Shown one piece after another: positions 1 to 8,637 of a stretch of 64,000 nt of DNA. Every line of letters begins with the position of its first letter. Position 1 is the stretch's first letter. The translations under genes were made by a program, and so were the position numbers. This stretch comes from a bacterium (GTDB lineage Bacteria; UBA10199; 2-02-FULL-50-16; JAJFLM01): the NCBI GenBank assembly GCA_965216315.1, contig CBDCFN010000016.1, positions 320,001-384,000 on the forward strand, given 5' to 3'. The notes under the pieces are model-generated. The model did not search any database, was not told the DNA's origin, and saw only the letters and a program-made list of their open reading frames with translations.

Positions 1-113
1 ATTCAGTATGCATCAGAGTTTGCGGGATATTGTAAGGTGGATAAAAATTCGCCGTATTCCTTCATTCATTTCAGGACTACAATTTTTTTATGGATTGAAG
101 GGGGTGAGGGGGG

Positions 114-362
114 ATGAAGCACTTTCCTTTATGTCTGTTGGCGATCGTAGCGGTCTTGTTTATCGCACCGCAACTGTCACCGGTGCACGGCGGTTCATTT
201 AATCAAAGTTTATCAATCAACACGCCAGCTCCATGTGACTACGTCGCACGCCGCGGTTGCTGCTCGTGGCACGGCGGCGTGTGCGGATGTCACAAAGCAT
301 CCGATCGCATCCGTTGTTGCGATGGGACCTTGAGTCCGACGTGTACGTGTAGTGGGTATTGA
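114..362 (+). CDS. Small secreted cysteine-rich protein
   Basis: 82 aa ORF with hydrophobic N-terminal signal-like segment and a C-terminal RRGCCSWHGGVCGC...CCDGTLSPTCTC cluster; G-rich RBS-like run upstream. Confidence 0.6.
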   Translation: MKHFPLCLLAIVAVLFIAPQLSPVHGGSFNQSLSINTPAPCDYVARRGCCSWHGGVCGCHKASDRIRCCDGTLSPTCTCSGY

Positions 363-375
363 GTAAGGAGAGAAT

Positions 376-1392
376 ATGGGTTGGAGGGGTGCACTGCGTT
401 CATTAAATTCTCTGTCCAAAGAAATGGATCGAGAGGCGAGACGTCGACGAAAAGAGCAGGAAGCAATAGATGCTGGAGTCATAGTTGCTGAATATCTGAG
501 CTATATTGAACGATTAACATCTGTGCATAAGAGCGTATCTGCACCTATTGATTGGGAGCTAATAGCTTCTAAGCCTGCGCCTGATAAACCTCAGAGGTCT
601 ACTGTCCATGAAAAGAAAGCGGTGAAAAAATCATTAGAGTATAAACCAGGTTTTATTGATCGGATTTTAGGAAGAGAAAAGAAAGTAAGGAATAAACTTA
701 CTTCAAAGATAGAGAAGGCTATTAATAAAGATGAGAATATCTATCAAAATTTATTTGTAAACTACAAAAAGGAATTCAATGAATGGCAAGAAAAGCACAA
801 TTTAGCAAGATCCGTAATTGAAGGAAAAACAGAGGCCTATGTTGATGCTATTGAGAAATTCAAGGGTCTGACGGATATCGCGGAATTGGGTACGCAGGTT
901 AATTTCCGAACTATTAATTCTAAAGCGATAACAGCAACACTTAACATTCACGGGAGGGATATAATTCCTGAGGAGGAAGTCAAACAGCTAAAAAGCGGTA
1001 AACTGTCTGTTAGGGATATGCCCAAAACTAAATTTAATGAGTTGCATCAGGACTATGTTTGTAGCTGTTTGCTGAGGCTTGCGAATGAGCTTTTTTCATT
1101 GCTTCCAATTGATAAAATACTTGTAACGGCACGTGATGAATTACTAAATACGCAGACAGGTTATCTTGAAGATCAGCCTATCGCCTCTGTTTATATACCA
1201 AGAGAAACTCTAAGTAAGCTTAAACTGGATTTCATTGACCCTTCTGACTCTATGAACAACTTTGTACATAAAATGAATTTTAAGAAAACAGCGGGTTTTA
1301 GTTTAATTCCTAAAGCCAGTCTCTTAGAGTTAGAGGAATTATGCTATTCTGAACCTAGTATTAATTGTAGTGGGGAAGCCACAAATCTCTAG
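376..1392 (+). CDS. Hypothetical protein (coiled-coil N-half, globular C-half)
   Basis: 338 aa ORF, AGGAG RBS upstream, AT-rich. Confidence 0.7.
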   Translation: MGWRGALRSLNSLSKEMDREARRRRKEQEAIDAGVIVAEYLSYIERLTSVHKSVSAPIDWELIASKPAPDKPQRSTVHEKKAVKKSLEYKPGFIDRILGREKKVRNKLTSKIEKAINKDENIYQNLFVNYKKEFNEWQEKHNLARSVIEGKTEAYVDAIEKFKGLTDIAELGTQVNFRTINSKAITATLNIHGRDIIPEEEVKQLKSGKLSVRDMPKTKFNELHQDYVCSCLLRLANELFSLLPIDKILVTARDELLNTQTGYLEDQPIASVYIPRETLSKLKLDFIDPSDSMNNFVHKMNFKKTAGFSLIPKASLLELEELCYSEPSINCSGEATNL

Positions 1393-2047
1393 CTTTATTG
1401 AGGACTATAGGTCTGCAATGAAAATTTCTAAGGTTTCTGAGAAAACTTTTGAATTAAATTTTTGCAGTTCACTAAATTTCCTTCATCATAACTGGATATC
1501 TTGGATCGGATTAACGCAGAAGCAAGAATCGCAGTTTGGATTTGATGCACTGGCTCGGCATTTATGTGGACCATTCAATCTGTTTGTTCTCCAATTTAAG
1601 GTCATTGCCAGATCAATCAGGAAGCGTGATAATGCCTTCATTTACAAAACGGCTTCGTCACAACTGTCATCTCTTATTAGAGTTGCAGATGGAAGAAAAA
1701 GGTTTGTTTACTATGTATTGTCTTTGATCGTATCACCTGGAGAATTATTTAAACTCAAGTTGCCAAATCCACCTGTAGTAATTTTTGATGTAACCGATAT
1801 TCAGGGTAGGCTTTCTATGAAGCAAGATAGCCACACAATTGAATATATTCCTTCAATTGACCCTGCGTTTGTAAGGATTAAATCAGAGATTAAAAAAGTG
1901 CCAATTATTCCATTTAGCAAATTTATCGGTGAGATAGAAAAGGCTGGAAGCGATATGGTAAGGCAGAACTTGAGTTATAGAGTCGGTGAGGGAAAACACC
2001 TATTTGGAAGGGGCAGAGCTATGGGTATCTATTGCCCTAGGCGGTAG
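1370..2047 (+). CDS. Hypothetical protein (start uncertain, possibly ATG 1418)
   Basis: 225 aa open frame in AT-rich DNA; no recognisable motif. Confidence 0.45.
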   Translation: MGKPQISSFIEDYRSAMKISKVSEKTFELNFCSSLNFLHHNWISWIGLTQKQESQFGFDALARHLCGPFNLFVLQFKVIARSIRKRDNAFIYKTASSQLSSLIRVADGRKRFVYYVLSLIVSPGELFKLKLPNPPVVIFDVTDIQGRLSMKQDSHTIEYIPSIDPAFVRIKSEIKKVPIIPFSKFIGEIEKAGSDMVRQNLSYRVGEGKHLFGRGRAMGIYCPRR

Positions 2048-2118
2048 TGCTGAATTCCATGAATTTTCCATTCATCTATCTGTATCGTGGCCGGCAGTGT
2101 GTTTTTATAAATTGATCT

Positions 2119-4209
2119 ATGACTGAATTTTCTCTTTCTCAAATTATCGATGCTAAGGGTCAAGGTATTGTTACACTTAAGCTTGCAGGGAAATATCTGA
2201 GCGCTCAGTTATTTGGCACGCACGATAGAACGCCAGATATAGATGGTGTAATTCACTTGAGGTATCGTGTGGACGAAGATCTACATAGAATACTCCATTT
2301 TCAATTAAAAAGTACGCAGAACCTAAAAAACAACCATTTTTACTGCAGGCGAGATATTTTAGATTATCTTTCTTCAGCTAATACACCTACTTTGCTTCTT
2401 GTCGCTGATGTATCTAGAGAAAGACTATATTGGTACTATCTTTCAGGGGAAGAAAGGGAGTTACTTAATCTTGATAGTGATAAAAGGGGGAGGAAACTCG
2501 ATTTAACAGATAAAGAAATCCCTGATAATCTTGCGGAGATTACAGAAAAGTGGTTTGAGATTGCAGGGAGAAGTCGACCGCCGCAATTGCCTCCGCTCGC
2601 TACTTCTGCTGATGCTCAAGTTGTAATGCAGCCTGCCTCATCATTGGTTGGGAAGCGAGAAGCTAATTTAATTATAAAAAAAGTAGAAGAAAATATAAAT
2701 AATAAGAATGTATCGGATCTCATTGAAGAGTTAAGTCTTCTTAATAAGTCAACTGCTTCTGAACGGCAGAAGTACGCGTATCATATACATGTAGGAAATG
2801 TTTATATGACACATGGGTTTCTGTCGAAAGCTCAAGCATCTTATGTGAAAGCTATGCGCTACCGAGGTAGTGATATGGTTGCTATTAATAATCGTGCTCT
2901 AGCATATGCCTTAGATGATAATGATGACAGAGCGTTAAAGCTATTAAAGAGATATAAGGGCGATAATCCGAAAAACGCGTCATATTGGGTATGTTTGGGA
3001 ATAGCGCATGTTGGTAAGGCTAAGAATTCAAGAAGAAGTAAATATCATCTTAGGCAGGCAAAAGAAGCGTACGAGAAGGCAAGAAAGCTAGATTCAAAGG
3101 ATGATAATATCGCATTTAACTATCTCAGATGTCTTGAGCTGATTAACGATGAAGATCAATTGAGGAAATGGGAGCAGGTCTGTGAAGAGAAATATTTATC
3201 TAACCCTTTGATAAGGAATCATTTAGCTATTAAGCGATTCAAGCTCTTCAGGGAAACGCTGCAGAATAAATTTTTGAAAGAAATGGGTGATCTTATTAGA
3301 CCAGCATTCGAAGAAATTGCAACATTTGATGCCGATGACAATGTCGTAATGAAAATGCCTTTTGGGGAGTATACCGCGCAAACCTATAGGCCTATTCTAG
3401 ATAATATGGCCGTATATTTATATCACTCACATAAGACTCAGAAGGCTGAAAATATTTGGAAAGCTTTGTTGCTGGATTCCGATCAATATGAAAGTGCTCA
3501 TCAAAATATGGGCATGATTAGATTGTCTGAAGGCAATTTTGAAGAAGCTGTAGAGCATCTTGAGAAGGCAAAGTCGAATCCAGAGTTTCGTTATCAAACT
3601 CTAGCGGGCGCGTTAATGGAAAGTGTGAGGGCTAGAAGGGAGATTGGAGGATACATTCTTATACATAGGATTAAAGAGGCTGCTAGATATTTCAAGAAAG
3701 CGTACGAGAAAGAGAAACTTTTGTATCTTAAGGTTAATGAAGCAGCTTGTCGGCTTTACTATGATGTTGAATCGGCAAAAAGAATATTAAGCAGAGTGTT
3801 AGAGATTGATCCCAATCATTATTTAGCCAGATTAAATTGGGATTCTATACAATACGATAAATCGAGAAATTGGAAGGTATTTAGGCGTAAAATGGAGTCT
3901 CTTACCGAGAAGCATCCTGATGAGTATGTTCATTTGTTTGTGCTTGCTTCACACTTTAAGAAGAGAGGTGAATATGATGTTGCTGAAGAGACTTATGATA
4001 GCGCAATGCTTAAATTGATGAGTAATAATCATAGAATCGAAGATATGATGGCTCAGGGACTGATTCTTGAATTTACTGATTTTTTAGAGAAGATCGGTAA
4101 TTTAAAGAAAGCTATGAAGATATTGAATCAATGCGTTAAGAATCTGAGCTTTACTGATCGGTTGCAAGCAAAGCTAAGTGAGATGACATTTCATAGCCAT
4201 GGTCTGTGA
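2119..4209 (+). CDS. DUF4365-like PD-(D/E)xK domain fused to TPR repeats
   Basis: N-terminal RTPDIDG...ILHFQLKST...PTLLLVAD...LYW pattern, followed by many TPR-like helical repeats (AINNRALAYA, AHQNMGMIRL). Confidence 0.65.
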   Translation: MTEFSLSQIIDAKGQGIVTLKLAGKYLSAQLFGTHDRTPDIDGVIHLRYRVDEDLHRILHFQLKSTQNLKNNHFYCRRDILDYLSSANTPTLLLVADVSRERLYWYYLSGEERELLNLDSDKRGRKLDLTDKEIPDNLAEITEKWFEIAGRSRPPQLPPLATSADAQVVMQPASSLVGKREANLIIKKVEENINNKNVSDLIEELSLLNKSTASERQKYAYHIHVGNVYMTHGFLSKAQASYVKAMRYRGSDMVAINNRALAYALDDNDDRALKLLKRYKGDNPKNASYWVCLGIAHVGKAKNSRRSKYHLRQAKEAYEKARKLDSKDDNIAFNYLRCLELINDEDQLRKWEQVCEEKYLSNPLIRNHLAIKRFKLFRETLQNKFLKEMGDLIRPAFEEIATFDADDNVVMKMPFGEYTAQTYRPILDNMAVYLYHSHKTQKAENIWKALLLDSDQYESAHQNMGMIRLSEGNFEEAVEHLEKAKSNPEFRYQTLAGALMESVRARREIGGYILIHRIKEAARYFKKAYEKEKLLYLKVNEAACRLYYDVESAKRILSRVLEIDPNHYLARLNWDSIQYDKSRNWKVFRRKMESLTEKHPDEYVHLFVLASHFKKRGEYDVAEETYDSAMLKLMSNNHRIEDMMAQGLILEFTDFLEKIGNLKKAMKILNQCVKNLSFTDRLQAKLSEMTFHSHGL

Positions 4210-4486
4210 GTGTCTCGCTAAACTCGAACAAGCCTTATTAAACGCCGGCATCAAAGAGACGTATCGCGGCCAGGCCTGGTCGCAGAACTGTCGCGAGTGG
4301 GTGTACTTTGATTGCGTCTTAGATCTGCCAAGTCTGCGCGAGCGCTTTGGCTTAAGCGATCTCGTCAAAGACCATGAACATCGTGGAACCCATGACGGGA
4401 GCGAGCGGGGTTTTGTTTGTTCCGAATGTCAGGACGGCGTGATGGGCGTGCATCCGAGTCAAAAGAGGTCGGATACGTTTAAATAG
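4199..4486 (+). CDS. Small Cys/His-containing hypothetical protein
   Basis: 95 aa; CEC, RGQAWSQNCREWVYFDC, HRGTHDG and CSEC motifs. Confidence 0.65.
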   Translation: MVCECLAKLEQALLNAGIKETYRGQAWSQNCREWVYFDCVLDLPSLRERFGLSDLVKDHEHRGTHDGSERGFVCSECQDGVMGVHPSQKRSDTFK

Positions 4487-4509
4487 ACGTGGCTTTGGAG
4501 AAAATTAAT

Positions 4510-4872
4510 TTATAAGAATCTCCGGTAATCAACGCCAAAGGCCTTGGCAAATTTTTTGGCTGTAATTTTGCCAATGGAACGAAAGCCACGCTTCATTTCT
4601 GAAATATGTCCCTGAGGAATGCCGGTGGCTTTCTCAAGCTTCTTTTGAGTCCACTTTTGCAAGTCCATATAAGTCATTAGAGCCGCTTGAGGCGTATCGA
4701 TATCCGGATCGAGTTTTTTTAATTCGGCCTGTAGCTCTTCAATCGGATGGATATCGTCGACCTCGCGGCGAATCGACTCCGCAATCGCCTTGCGCACGTC
4801 GGCACTAATTTTGTTGGGGATGGAAACCTTGATCTTTCCCGCAGACGTTGAAACGGTCATTGTTTTACTCAT
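4510..4872 (-). CDS. higA: HigA-like XRE helix-turn-helix antitoxin
   Basis: C-terminal HTH WTQKKLEKATGIPQGHISEMKRGFRSIGKITAKKFAKAFGVD; overlaps the upstream toxin gene by 4 bp. Confidence 0.8.
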   Translation of the reverse strand: MSKTMTVSTSAGKIKVSIPNKISADVRKAIAESIRREVDDIHPIEELQAELKKLDPDIDTPQAALMTYMDLQKWTQKKLEKATGIPQGHISEMKRGFRSIGKITAKKFAKAFGVDYRRFL

Positions 4873-5150
4873 TTTTTATACGCGCCTTCCCTTGTCGTGA
4901 CTTCAATAATCTCAATAATCAATATCCCATGAAAAACTTCGAAAATGAGACGATGTCGATAATCAATCTTAAGCCGCCAATAATCTCTTAGTTGTCCTTC
5001 CATTCGTTTTGAATCCCACACTTTTGGCGCAGGTCCTTCGAGTTCGAGATCTTTAATGGCAGCATAAAGTTTCCTTCTTGATGACGGCCTTAGCGTCTTA
5101 ATGACTTTGAATAATTTATTCTTATTTCGAAATTTAACCGTCCATTTCAT
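4869..5150 (-). CDS. higB: RelE/HigB-family toxin
   Basis: 93 aa basic protein, MKWTVKF...YWRLKIDYRHRLIFEV...IEIIEVTTREGAY; toxin-first gene order. Confidence 0.8.
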   Translation of the reverse strand: MKWTVKFRNKNKLFKVIKTLRPSSRRKLYAAIKDLELEGPAPKVWDSKRMEGQLRDYWRLKIDYRHRLIFEVFHGILIIEIIEVTTREGAYKK

Positions 5151-5190
5151 CGCGAGGGCTATACCCTATGCAGTCTCTAACGGCAATTAA

Positions 5191-5219
5191 ATAATATACC
5201 ATATATGGTATATCGTCAA
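5191..5219 (-). promoter_or_regulatory. Sigma70 promoter of higBA with a palindromic operator
   Basis: Minus strand TTGACG-N17-TATTAT; perfect 20-bp palindrome ATATACCATATATGGTATAT (5194-5213) fills the spacer. Confidence 0.8.
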
Positions 5220-5303
5220 TGAGGCCTTCAAGGTTGTGCTCAATTGTTAGTTTAATCTTAATCGGCTGAAATCATTGACCTTTTAAGAGGGTCCAGTGAC
5301 TTG

Positions 5304-5669
5304 CTATTGCCGATTCTTGACTCCGACATATTGTTTGCCGTCAAAGTCTTCGAAGAATTGATCAATCGCCGGATGCTTGATGGGCGCCGCTTCGGTGTCC
5401 GGTTCGAGGTGGCGCTCCGCGACGTAGGTCATATTCGCAGTATTGTCCGGGAGGACGTGATACCACGGTTTGTCCTTCGGCGGCCGCGACTTGGCGACCT
5501 CTTCGTACCATTCGTCACTGGCCTCAAAGACCGGATCGACGTCGACGATGACGCCGCGATAGCCGAACTTGCGGTGGTGAACGAGCTGGCCGATCTGAAA
5601 TTTGGCTTCGTAAATCTCCACGGAGTGCCTCCAGCCCCCGGTCATAGGGGACTCGGTGGAATAACTCAA
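5304..5669 (-). CDS. hspQ: Heat shock protein HspQ (YccV-like)
   Basis: AKFQIGQLVHHRKFGYRGVIVDVDPVF...KPWYHVL...TYVAERHL...IKHPAIDQFF. Confidence 0.9.
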   Translation of the reverse strand: MSYSTESPMTGGWRHSVEIYEAKFQIGQLVHHRKFGYRGVIVDVDPVFEASDEWYEEVAKSRPPKDKPWYHVLPDNTANMTYVAERHLEPDTEAAPIKHPAIDQFFEDFDGKQYVGVKNRQ

Positions 5670-5703
5670 GACTCAACCGCCGAAATGTTGTATGTTGCGC
5701 CCT

Positions 5704-6216
5704 ATGGAAACAGCCAACTATTGGAAAAAATGTAGCGTCTGTAAAAAGGAAATTGGTTTCAATGCGCCTTATCAAGTCTGCTCGGTCAGTACTTGTCAGA
5801 GTAAACGGACGGGCCTGACCTTTTGTTCGGTCGAGTGTTGGGACTCGCACTTAGGCTTCGCGAATCATCGCAGCTCGTTCGCCGAGGAACGCCGCTCACC
5901 GTCGCAGCAGGCCTATCAGCAGGAGGTCGCGGCGGAACGCGCGAATCCGACCCTACCGCGGGAGGAGGATAAACCCGCCGCGCGCCGTATCATTGCACGC
6001 TCGGAAGCGCCGGCGCCCGCTCCCGGCAAGATTCAGACCGATACTTTGGTGGTCGTGTCCAAGGTAAAAAAACTGATCAAGGAACAGTCGGGCTACAATA
6101 CCAGCCAATGCGCGATCGACGCCTTGACCGAAAAGGTGATTGAGGAATGTCTCAAGGGCATCACCGAAGCGCGCCAAGCGGAACGCAAGACGGTGATGGG
6201 CCGCGATATCAAGTAA
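5704..6216 (+). CDS. Zinc-finger plus bacterial histone-fold protein (ZZ-histone-like)
   Basis: N-terminal CSVC...CSVSTC...FCSVECWDSH; C-terminal LVVVSKVKKLIKEQSGYNTS...LKGITEARQAERKTVMGRDI resembles Bdellovibrio histone Bd0055. Confidence 0.85.
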   Translation: METANYWKKCSVCKKEIGFNAPYQVCSVSTCQSKRTGLTFCSVECWDSHLGFANHRSSFAEERRSPSQQAYQQEVAAERANPTLPREEDKPAARRIIARSEAPAPAPGKIQTDTLVVVSKVKKLIKEQSGYNTSQCAIDALTEKVIEECLKGITEARQAERKTVMGRDIK

Positions 6217-6219
6217 CGC

Positions 6220-7086
6220 TTATTTACGCGCCATGATCGCCCAGGTGCTTGAGGGCATCCAGACTTCTTCGCCGCGCAGGTATTGTTTCATCAATTCCCG
6301 CAGCTCGCGCCGAATTTCAGGGAGTTGCTTTTGCCCTTCCGCTTCCGCTTCACGGATAATCTCACCGGAAGGTCCGACGAGAATCTGATAATCGATTGCT
6401 TCTTCGAGGCTGGTGCCGACACAGACGTCCGCATCGATGCGTTCAAACAGTTCCACATTATCGAAACCGGCCGCCTGCAACATCGCGCGATCGGTCTCTT
6501 CGTTGCCCCATGAAAAGGGCCCGGGTCCACAGGTTTTGGCCTGATCACCCGGCGGGGGCAGGTACTTCAAGGCGATCTCCTTGGCGAGCCGCCAACAGGG
6601 ATTCTCTTGGAGTGAGCGCCACACGATGAGCCCGAGTTTGCCACCCGGCTTGAGTGCGCCGTGCGCGTTCTTCAACGCCATGACGGCGCTTTGAAAAAAC
6701 ATGATGCCGAAGCGAGAGAAGGCGACGTCAAAGCTGTCGGCGGGGAGCTCTTGCGTCATCGCGTCGCCGAGGAGGTATTCGACGTTGGTGACGCCGGCGG
6801 CGGCTTGTTCTTGCTGGGCAATTTCTAAAAAAGCCTCAGTGCAATCAACGCCTACGACCTTGCCGCTCGGACCGACGAGTTGACTGATCTCAAGACAGGT
6901 CTCGCCGTAACCGCAACCGATGTCCAGCACCTGATGGCCCGCTTCAATACCAAATTTAGGGAGCGCAATGTCGCTGTGGATGCCGCCGTTGCCGGAGAGC
7001 AGGTGTCGAAAGCGATTCCACTTCGGGACCAGGATCTCGTTCCAACAATTGATAAAGTCGTCGTTTTGGGCAGTGTCTAAGCTCAT
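6220..7086 (-). CDS. Class I SAM-dependent methyltransferase
   Basis: VLDIGCGYG, FDVAFSRFGIMFF, LKPGG motifs. Confidence 0.9.
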   Translation of the reverse strand: MSLDTAQNDDFINCWNEILVPKWNRFRHLLSGNGGIHSDIALPKFGIEAGHQVLDIGCGYGETCLEISQLVGPSGKVVGVDCTEAFLEIAQQEQAAAGVTNVEYLLGDAMTQELPADSFDVAFSRFGIMFFQSAVMALKNAHGALKPGGKLGLIVWRSLQENPCWRLAKEIALKYLPPPGDQAKTCGPGPFSWGNEETDRAMLQAAGFDNVELFERIDADVCVGTSLEEAIDYQILVGPSGEIIREAEAEGQKQLPEIRRELRELMKQYLRGEEVWMPSSTWAIMARK

Positions 7087-7167
7087 CGGCGGATCGTACT
7101 ATCCGAGCGGGGGCCCGTCACCGCCGGGCGATTGACTTAGTGCGTGCCTCATGTTTGGGTGGCGGTC

Positions 7168-7455
7168 ATGTACATTGCCATGAACAAATTCAAAGTTGTC
7201 GACGGTCAAGGCGCGGCGTTCGAGCAGATGTGGCAGCAGCGTGAAACCTATCTCGATGACGTGCCGGGCTTTCAAACGTTTCATCTGTTGAAGGGCGGCG
7301 ATGGAATATACATCTCGCACTCGACCTGGGAGAGCGCCCAGGCCTTTCAGGCGTGGACCGAGTCCGAGGCCTTCCGCAAGGCCCACGCTCAGGGCGGTTC
7401 CAAGGGCCTGCTCGCCGGGCCGCCGGAATTTTCCGGTTATGAGGTCGTATTGTAA
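7168..7455 (+). CDS. Antibiotic biosynthesis monooxygenase (ABM/IsdG-like) protein
   Basis: MYIAMNKFKV...VPGFQTFHLL...WTESEAFRKAH. Confidence 0.85.
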   Translation: MYIAMNKFKVVDGQGAAFEQMWQQRETYLDDVPGFQTFHLLKGGDGIYISHSTWESAQAFQAWTESEAFRKAHAQGGSKGLLAGPPEFSGYEVVL

Positions 7456-7575
7456 GCCTGTTGCCAGAGATACGGCGAAATCCGCTTATTCGACGCTGCG
7501 ATAGAAGAGCATTGCATTTCTTATTGATATCAATTAGTTCCGACGCTACAGTTTCGTGGCGCTTAGGGCGCAAGA

Positions 7576-7647
7576 GGGCGAGTAGCTCAGTGGGAGAGCA
7601 CCTGGTTTACACCCAGGGGGTCGTAGGTTCGAAACCTACCTCGCCCA
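7576..7647 (+). tRNA. tRNA-Val(TAC), CCA not encoded
   Basis: Acceptor stem GGGCGAG/CTCGCCC, D-arm TAGCTCAGTGGGAGAGC, anticodon arm CCTGG-TTTACAC-CCAGG, T-loop GGTTCGAAAC. Confidence 0.95.
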
Positions 7648-7665
7648 CATGGGCAACTCTTGAGC

Positions 7666-7739
7666 GGGGTGGTAGTTCAGTTGGTTAGAATGCCGGCCTG
7701 TCACGCCGGAGGTCGCGGGTTCGAGTCCCGTCCACCCCG
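7666..7739 (+). tRNA. tRNA-Asp(GTC), CCA not encoded
   Basis: Acceptor stem GGGGTGG/CCACCCC, anticodon arm CCGGC-CTGTCAC-GCCGG, T-loop GGTTCGAGTCC. Confidence 0.95.
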
Positions 7740-7810
7740 CTGAAGAGTTAACAGTATTGGCTTTAGGCTTTTCACACCCCAAAAAGGCGAGTAAAATGCC
7801 GGATGAATCC

Positions 7811-8107
7811 ATGACAAGTGCCATACGAATGCTCGTCTTAGACGTGCTCAAGCCCTTGGAACCCTCGATCATCAAATATTCTCAAGCTCTCGCCGATGTT
7901 GAGGGCATTGATGGAGTCAACATCACGGTTGTCGAGGTGGATCGGCAGACCGAAACGATCAAGATCTCCCTGCAAGGCAAGGACATCGAATATTCGCTGC
8001 TGAATGATATTATCCAAGGGCTTGGCGGTTCCATCCATTCCATCGACAAGGTTTCGGCCGGAAGCAAGATGATCAGCGAAGTGCCTTCGCGCAGCACTCA
8101 CGAATGA
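7811..8107 (+). CDS. DUF211 family protein
   Basis: IRMLVLDVLKPLEPSII...GVNITVVEVD...GGSIHSIDKV. Confidence 0.8.
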   Translation: MTSAIRMLVLDVLKPLEPSIIKYSQALADVEGIDGVNITVVEVDRQTETIKISLQGKDIEYSLLNDIIQGLGGSIHSIDKVSAGSKMISEVPSRSTHE

Positions 8108-8637
8108 AGCCACAGTCTCGATATTTAATTCGCGGTATTATGGATGGGTTGATCTCAACCTTAGGGGTTGTTATCGGCGCCTTCAATCCCGATGCCGCAA
8201 TCGTTGTTGCGGCGGGTGCCGCCGGTGCCGTCGCCAACGGGGTTTCCAATATCATGGCCGCCCTGACGGCCGAGTACGCGGAGCGTTATCAAGATCTGCG
8301 CAAATTGGAACAGGCGACGCTGAGCGATCTGAGCGGGACCCATCACGAAAAACAGTTGCGGCGGCGGATGCGACTCGACGCCGCGGCGGATGGACTGGCG
8401 AGCATCAGCGGTGGAGTGATTCCCCTGGTGCCGTTTTTCTTTCTAAGAGGGCCGATGGCGCTCTATGGTTCAATCGCGGTCAGTTGTAGCTTGATGGGTA
8501 TCTTAGGGGTTTGGGTCGGGGCGCTGACCAAACAAAACATGGCCCTCATGTTTATCAAACTCGTCATCATGACGGTCGTGACAGCGTTTATCTGTTTCGT
8601 GATCGGCAATCTCATTCAGGGAGGCACGTTCTTATAA
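8104..8637 (+). CDS. VIT1/CCC1-family membrane protein
   Basis: GIMDGLISTLGVVIG...ANGVSN...AEYAE; several TM segments; ATGA overlap with the DUF211 gene. Confidence 0.8.
   Translation: MKPQSRYLIRGIMDGLISTLGVVIGAFNPDAAIVVAAGAAGAVANGVSNIMAALTAEYAERYQDLRKLEQATLSDLSGTHHEKQLRRRMRLDAAADGLASISGGVIPLVPFFFLRGPMALYGSIAVSCSLMGILGVWVGALTKQNMALMFIKLVIMTVVTAFICFVIGNLIQGGTFL

Noticed and set aside
7576..7739. tRNAs as the integration site of the AT-rich island
   Set aside because: No integrase or duplicated tRNA 3' end was seen, and host-like genes lie between the island and the tRNAs
7190..7875. ORFs 7190-7573, 7461-7688 and 7636-7875
   Set aside because: Shadow frames over the ABM gene and the two tRNAs
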